From Myxococcales bacterium (GTDB lineage Bacteria > Myxococcota_A > Polyangia > Polyangiales > Polyangiaceae), in contig JANYHK010000041.1 of the NCBI GenBank assembly GCA_025359105.1, forward strand, positions 127,821-159,820: a stretch of 32,000 bases of DNA. The letters are read 5' to 3'. Shown one piece after another: positions 27,271-32,000 of the stretch. Positions within the stretch are counted from its first letter, which is position 1; each line of letters begins with the position of its first letter. A program made the position numbers and the translations under genes. Below the pieces are notes generated by a model that saw only the letters and a list, made by a program, of their open reading frames with translations, made no database searches and was not told where the DNA came from.

Positions 27271-28089
27271 ATGCTCCGCCCCGTGCGTGTCTTCGTGCTC
27301 GGCAGCGGCTCGGAGGGGAACTCCACCCTGATCGAGGCAGGGGGCACGCGCCTCCTCGTGGACGCGGGGTTCGGGCCACGCTCGTCGGCGCGTCGCCTCG
27401 CTGCCCTCGGTGTCGAGCTCTTGCCGCGTGGGCTCGATGGCATCGTCGTCACCCACCAGCACGGCGACCACATCGGTCACCTCGAATCGCTCGCGCGCGC
27501 GTTCCGCTGCCCGGTCTTCCTGCACGCTGGCATCGAGGCCAAGCGGGTCCGGTCACGCTGCGACGTGCGCGCGTTCGAGCCCGGGGTCGGCTTCTCGCTC
27601 GGCGCGCTGACGGTCGACGCGGTCACGGTCCCCCACGACGCGCCCCAGGTCGCGCTCCGCATCACCGCGCGCGTCGGAGGTGAGAGCTTCGGCATTGCCA
27701 CCGACGTCGGCGCGCCCACGCGCGAGCTCGTCCGCCTCTTCAGCGGCTGCGACGCGGCGCTGCTCGAGGCCAACCACTGCCCCGAGCTGCTCGAGATGGG
27801 CCCGTACCCGCCGAAGCTGAAGAGGCGCGTCCGCGGGGGCCTGGGACACCTCGCGAACCACGAGACGGCAGAGATTGCCGAGCGCCTCGTCGGCACCCGC
27901 ATGAAGCGGCTGCTCCTCGGTCACATGTCGCGCACCAACAACTCGCCCGAGCGCGCGCTTGCCGCGATCCGTCCCCGCGCGCGCGGCATCGAGCTCACCG
28001 TTCTCGGTCACTGCATCCCCGCGGCGCTCCGCGTGCACGCCCGCGGCCAGCTCGACCTCCCCTTCGGCCCCACCCCACCGGCTAACTAA
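27271..28089 (+). CDS. MBL-fold metallo-hydrolase, YycJ/WalJ-like
   Basis: VFVLGSGSEGNSTLIEAGGTRLLVDAGF, metal motif THQHGDHIGHL, PHDA, EANHCPELLEMGPYPPKLKRRVRGGLGHLANHE and HMSRTNN. Order and spacing are typical of the YycJ subgroup of metallo-beta-lactamase-fold proteins. Confidence 0.8.
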   Translation: MLRPVRVFVLGSGSEGNSTLIEAGGTRLLVDAGFGPRSSARRLAALGVELLPRGLDGIVVTHQHGDHIGHLESLARAFRCPVFLHAGIEAKRVRSRCDVRAFEPGVGFSLGALTVDAVTVPHDAPQVALRITARVGGESFGIATDVGAPTRELVRLFSGCDAALLEANHCPELLEMGPYPPKLKRRVRGGLGHLANHETAEIAERLVGTRMKRLLLGHMSRTNNSPERALAAIRPRARGIELTVLGHCIPAALRVHARGQLDLPFGPTPPAN

Positions 28090-30008
28090 CGTATCCCACC
28101 GGTCACCGGCTTGCAGCGGGCGGTGTCGACGAGGAGCGTCGCGAGGCCCGCCGCGTCCTCGGGGCGCGCGCGCGCGCGGTCCTCGAGCGCCGCGTGGAGT
28201 CGCGCGAGCCCGCGCGTGTCGCCCCCCTCGCACATGCGCGAGAGCAGGGCGCGTAGCGTCGGGGAGGCGTCGCCCTTGGCGGCATGCGTCTGCGCGAGGA
28301 ACGCGCCCATGTGCGGCGCGACGACCTCGCCGGGCGAGAATCCCTTGCCGAACGTTGGCCACAAAACCGGCACGAGCGGCATCGCGCGTGGCCCGAGCCG
28401 CACGAGCTGCGCGAGCTCGCCCTGCGACACCGGCGCCCCGTACCGCTTCGCGAACTCGGTCATGTTCGGATCGGCGTAGTGCCGGTCCATACCCTGGTAT
28501 TTCCAGCCCAGCGCGAAGAGCGTCACCCCGCGGTTCTCGGGCGAGCGCTTCCACAGCTGGTTGGCCTCTTCCATGATCTCGTCGTCGTATTCGCGCTTCG
28601 GGAGCAGGTGCTCGAGGACCGCGGCCGTCGCCGCTTGCCACTCCGGTGGCTCCCGCTCGAGTCTCCGCCAGGTGTCGATGATCCGGTCGGCCGGTGTCCG
28701 TTCGAGGTTCACGAACACCTCGTCGACGAGCATCGGATCGTGCCGCTGCACGAGGGCCGCGACGAGCCGCTGGCGCGTAGCCGGCGTCGCCACCGCTTGT
28801 TCGTAGAACGACGAGGTGCAGCCGCGGTTGCGGTTGCGCTTGCCGTCCACGCCGGTCGTATGCGGGCAGACCACGTTGTCGAACATTTCGAAGTGGTCAC
28901 CCTCCCCGTGGCGCGGTCGCCCCTCGGAGCGCCACGCGTCGACGAGCGCGAGGCCGAACGCGAAGCGGTCGAACCCGGGAAACGAGCTGGGCACGTCGCT
29001 GCACGCGTCGCTCGACCGGCAGGTGCCCCGCGCGGGGAACATCACGCGGACCATGTTGGCGGTCCACCGGTCGGTGAGGGCGGACGCGTTGTTCGTCAGC
29101 CAGCGGACGTAGGTGGCCTCGGCGCGTCGCCAGGCGCTGTCCTTGGGGAGCCGGCGGATCGTCTCCTGTCGGGACTGGTGCGCATCTTCCAGGTACTGCG
29201 CCTCGCTCGCGAGGTACGCGCGGATCTCCACGGCGACAGGGTCCACGGACTTCCCGACGATCTCCCCGAGCTCCGCGAGGGCGATCAAGATCTCCCCATG
29301 CGCCTCGAGCTCCGCGACCTCCCGGTCGCCTCCCTTGCGCTCCTGGCGGGCCCGTCCCTCGAGGATGTTCCCGTACCCGGGCCGCGAATGGGTCAAGTAG
29401 GAGAAGTAGTCGGCGCGCTCCTCCGGGGGGATCTTGGCCGGTGGCACGGTCCGGTAGCGGTGGTCGAGGTAGGCGTCGCGCTCGTCCTCGACCGCGTCGC
29501 GCACGAGGCCGCGGGCCACGAGGGAGCGGGTATTCGGCGGCTCGGTGATGGTAATCGTCCGCGTCGTCGGATCGAGCACCCCCTTTGGCCACTGCGCCGT
29601 GGCCTGGTAGCGGCAGGCGATCTTGCCGATCAGCTTCGCTGCGCGCTCGAAGACGCGCGGAGCGCTCTCCTTCAGCTGGACGAGATCGCGCGCGGCGTTC
29701 TCGATCGCCCGGATCAGCTCCTCTTCGAAGCTCGCGCGGTACTCGGGGAGCAGCGCAGCCTCGAGCTCGAAGGTCACCGGCTGCCCGACGATGTCCGTGA
29801 GCTCGCGCGTCGCCTGCGCGAGGCGCGCGCTGCGTGGGTCGAACGGGAGCGGATCGGTGGGCGGAACGATCACGATGACGACGAGGCCGACCTTCTGCCC
29901 CGGCCCATGCGCGCGCCCGCCCCCGGTGCCGGTCCCCCCGCCGCACGCGGCGGCCAGCGCGACGAACGCGACGAGGAGGACTCTCGCGACCGCCCCCGCG
30001 CGCGTCAC
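28086..30008 (-). CDS. Large lipoprotein of unknown function, paralog A (downstream member of the pair)
   Basis: The GTG start at 30008 overlaps the stop of the upstream paralog (GTGA, 30005-30008). Signal peptide plus lipobox VAFVALAAAC. The composition is protein-like throughout 640 aa and it is collinear with the neighbouring gene product. No domain was recognised. Confidence 0.75.
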   Translation of the reverse strand: MTRAGAVARVLLVAFVALAAACGGGTGTGGGRAHGPGQKVGLVVIVIVPPTDPLPFDPRSARLAQATRELTDIVGQPVTFELEAALLPEYRASFEEELIRAIENAARDLVQLKESAPRVFERAAKLIGKIACRYQATAQWPKGVLDPTTRTITITEPPNTRSLVARGLVRDAVEDERDAYLDHRYRTVPPAKIPPEERADYFSYLTHSRPGYGNILEGRARQERKGGDREVAELEAHGEILIALAELGEIVGKSVDPVAVEIRAYLASEAQYLEDAHQSRQETIRRLPKDSAWRRAEATYVRWLTNNASALTDRWTANMVRVMFPARGTCRSSDACSDVPSSFPGFDRFAFGLALVDAWRSEGRPRHGEGDHFEMFDNVVCPHTTGVDGKRNRNRGCTSSFYEQAVATPATRQRLVAALVQRHDPMLVDEVFVNLERTPADRIIDTWRRLEREPPEWQAATAAVLEHLLPKREYDDEIMEEANQLWKRSPENRGVTLFALGWKYQGMDRHYADPNMTEFAKRYGAPVSQGELAQLVRLGPRAMPLVPVLWPTFGKGFSPGEVVAPHMGAFLAQTHAAKGDASPTLRALLSRMCEGGDTRGLARLHAALEDRARARPEDAAGLATLLVDTARCKPVTGGIR

Positions 30009-31912
30009 TGGTTTCCTCGGGCGCGTGGGCGCGTCGTCTGCGGCGCGCGCGGTGGGCGCGGCCTAGACGCGGCGTGCTCCGGTCGCGAACGGCCGCGGCA
30101 ACTGGCTTCGCTCTCGAGGCTCACCAGCGGATCTCCCGGATGCGCGCGGACGCGCCCCTCGAGGTACGTCCGCAGCTGGGCGACGTCCGCGGCGCCGGAG
30201 GGTTCGGCGCACATCAGGTTGAACAGCGAGCGGAGGGTCGTGTACGGCCGCTGCGGATCGTTCTGCGTGGCGACGAGATCGAGGAAGCGATCGAGACGCG
30301 GAACGATCGCCTGCGCGCGCGACCAGCCTGCACCGAGCGCGGGCCACATCGTCGGGAGGCGCCCGACGGTGTTCGGCGAGAAGTCGAGCGCCGCCGCAAG
30401 CTGCGCCTCGTCGAGCTTGCTGCCGAAGTCGTGCTCGAAGCCTGCCCAGTCGACCTTGCCGTTGTCGTAAGGATCGGCCTCCGCGAGGACGGTGAGCAGC
30501 GCGGCGCGCCGTGACGGGTAGGCGGCCCAGAGTCGCCGCACCTCGTCGACGAGGCGCGGCCCGCTCGTGTCGGCGATCTCGGCGAGAACGCGCACGCCGA
30601 TGGTCCACGTCGCCTCGTCGGCCTCGACGGCGCGCGAGAGCACGAGGTAGCGATCGAACGGCCCCAGGCCGCCGTCGCCGTGAACGATCGCGGCGAACGC
30701 GGCCTCGGTGAACGCGGCATCTTTGCGGGAGAGGACGGCGTCCGTGAAGCGCTTCTGCGCGAGCGGGTTCTCGACGGCGAAGCGGTAGAGGTGGTAGTCG
30801 CACCTGGGCGACGTCGTCCGGTGCCCGCGCGCGTCCTTGGGGTGAGGACAGAGCACGTACTCGAAGAGGGCGTTCTCGGGCGTCCGGGCGGCAACCGTGT
30901 CGGGGTGCCCTGCGGCGATCCAGGCGTCGATGACGGAGAGCGACATACCCACCTTGTCGAAGCCGGGGAAGGCGAACGGGAGGTACCCCTTTCCGTTCAA
31001 GCCGCGCACGAAGACGTCCCGCAGGACCTGGACCTTTTGCTCCGCGTTCATCGCCGGCAGCCCTGCCGTCAGCCACTCGGTCCACGCTCGCTCGGCCGCG
31101 TGGAACGCCGGCGCGAGGCTCTGCGCGTCCTCGGGGTGGTGGACGTACCCGGTCGTGAAGTGCGAGCGCTGGAGCAAGAGGTTGCGGCGCAGATCGTCGG
31201 CGAGCTCCGGATCGGAGGTGCCGACCAGGCGCGCGAGCTCGATGAGCTTGATGATCGCCAGGGAGTGCTTGTCCTCGAGCGCCTCGGTGTCGCCTCTGGT
31301 GGCGCGGTCGCTCGTCATGAACTCGAAGTACGCGCGCCGCTCCGCGGCCGGGACGTCGCGCGGCGAGATCGACGAATACCGCGACTCGGCGACCCCCTCG
31401 TAGGAGTCACGGAGCGCTCCGTAGATGAGGCCTGGCTCGACGAGCGCGTAGGCGCGCGCGCCTTCGATCACCGTGAGCGTCCGCTGCGCTGGGTCGAGCG
31501 ACGACTCCGCCTTCGTCGTGACCGCCCGGTACTTGCAGACGATCTTGCCGAGCAGCGGCGCTCCGTACGCGAACGCCGCAGGCTGGCGCTTGCCGAGCAA
31601 CACGAGATCCTTCGCGACCTGCTCGATGGCCTCGATCAGCTGCCCCTCGAAGCTGGCGCGCCCCTCCGCCGCGAGCCCGGCGTCGATCACGAACGTCACC
31701 GGGTGCCCGACGATCCGTCCCAGCTCGGCCGTAGCCGCCCGCAGCCGCGCGCCGCGTGGGTCGAACGGGAGCTTCTCGGGCGTCGGCAGGATCACGACGA
31801 CGACGAGCCCGACCTCGGCGCCCTCTCCGCCCGGCGCGCGCGCCGGCGAGGGGCCGCATGCGCTCACCAAGGCGATGGCGAGCGGGACCCAGGCGAGGCG
31901 AAGCAGGCGCAC
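30005..31912 (-). CDS. Large lipoprotein of unknown function, paralog B (upstream member of the pair)
   Basis: GTG start at 31912. Signal peptide plus lipobox MRLLRLAWVPLAIALVSAC. It is collinear with paralog A up to the last conserved Cys (…SLESEASC), then has an Arg/Pro-rich tail that runs into the start of the next gene. No domain was recognised. Confidence 0.75.
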   Translation of the reverse strand: MRLLRLAWVPLAIALVSACGPSPARAPGGEGAEVGLVVVVILPTPEKLPFDPRGARLRAATAELGRIVGHPVTFVIDAGLAAEGRASFEGQLIEAIEQVAKDLVLLGKRQPAAFAYGAPLLGKIVCKYRAVTTKAESSLDPAQRTLTVIEGARAYALVEPGLIYGALRDSYEGVAESRYSSISPRDVPAAERRAYFEFMTSDRATRGDTEALEDKHSLAIIKLIELARLVGTSDPELADDLRRNLLLQRSHFTTGYVHHPEDAQSLAPAFHAAERAWTEWLTAGLPAMNAEQKVQVLRDVFVRGLNGKGYLPFAFPGFDKVGMSLSVIDAWIAAGHPDTVAARTPENALFEYVLCPHPKDARGHRTTSPRCDYHLYRFAVENPLAQKRFTDAVLSRKDAAFTEAAFAAIVHGDGGLGPFDRYLVLSRAVEADEATWTIGVRVLAEIADTSGPRLVDEVRRLWAAYPSRRAALLTVLAEADPYDNGKVDWAGFEHDFGSKLDEAQLAAALDFSPNTVGRLPTMWPALGAGWSRAQAIVPRLDRFLDLVATQNDPQRPYTTLRSLFNLMCAEPSGAADVAQLRTYLEGRVRAHPGDPLVSLESEASCRGRSRPEHAASRPRPPRAPQTTRPRARGNQ

Positions 31913-32000
31913 CCTCTCATTCTACGCGCGGGCGCCTCCGTCGTTCCTCGGGAACGGCCGAGGCGCCAAACCCCAGCCTTTTGCCGGGGCCCCGCCTCGC

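Overview
High-GC bacterial chromosomal segment (about 70% GC by eye, not computed). The gene content suggests a myxobacterium-like organism (Myxococcota): a eukaryotic-like Ser/Thr kinase with a TPR/PEGA partner, a beta-barrel OMP with thrombospondin-type-3 repeats, an RpoH-like alternative sigma factor, and many Ala/Pro-rich secreted proteins. This taxonomic call is inference only. I support 27 protein-coding genes and one RNA gene, the RNase P RNA rnpB. Confident housekeeping calls are B12-dependent methionine synthase metH, aminomutase kamDE, ygfZ, maf, an A-type Fe-S carrier, an lptD-like gene, a GNAT acetyltransferase, a YycJ-like MBL hydrolase, an ABC-2 permease and a DAGK-family lipid kinase. 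I found no tRNA, rRNA, CRISPR array, transposase, integrase or phage gene. Most long ORFs in the six-frame track are Arg/Ala/Pro-rich shadow frames typical of high-GC DNA, or read-through N-terminal extensions of real genes. Genes are tightly packed, with seven start/stop overlaps or abutments and several convergent junctions that have no terminator. Nothing is a demonstrable new system from sequence alone. The best candidates for undescribed biology are: (1) a translationally coupled pair of ~640-aa paralogous lipoproteins with conserved cysteines and no domain I recognise (28086..31912); (2) a co-directional envelope-lipid-themed cluster of a lipid kinase, a secreted START/SRPBCC-like protein, an orphan ABC-2 permease without an ATPase, and a coupled small membrane protein (7282..10499); (3) a zinc-ribbon, TMLG-repeat, Ig-like membrane protein coupled to a beta-propeller (23989..27203); (4) a SahR-like ArsR/methyltransferase-fold regulator coupled to metH, preceded by a perfect 22-bp palindrome; and (5) kamDE standing alone, without the rest of the lysine-fermentation pathway.
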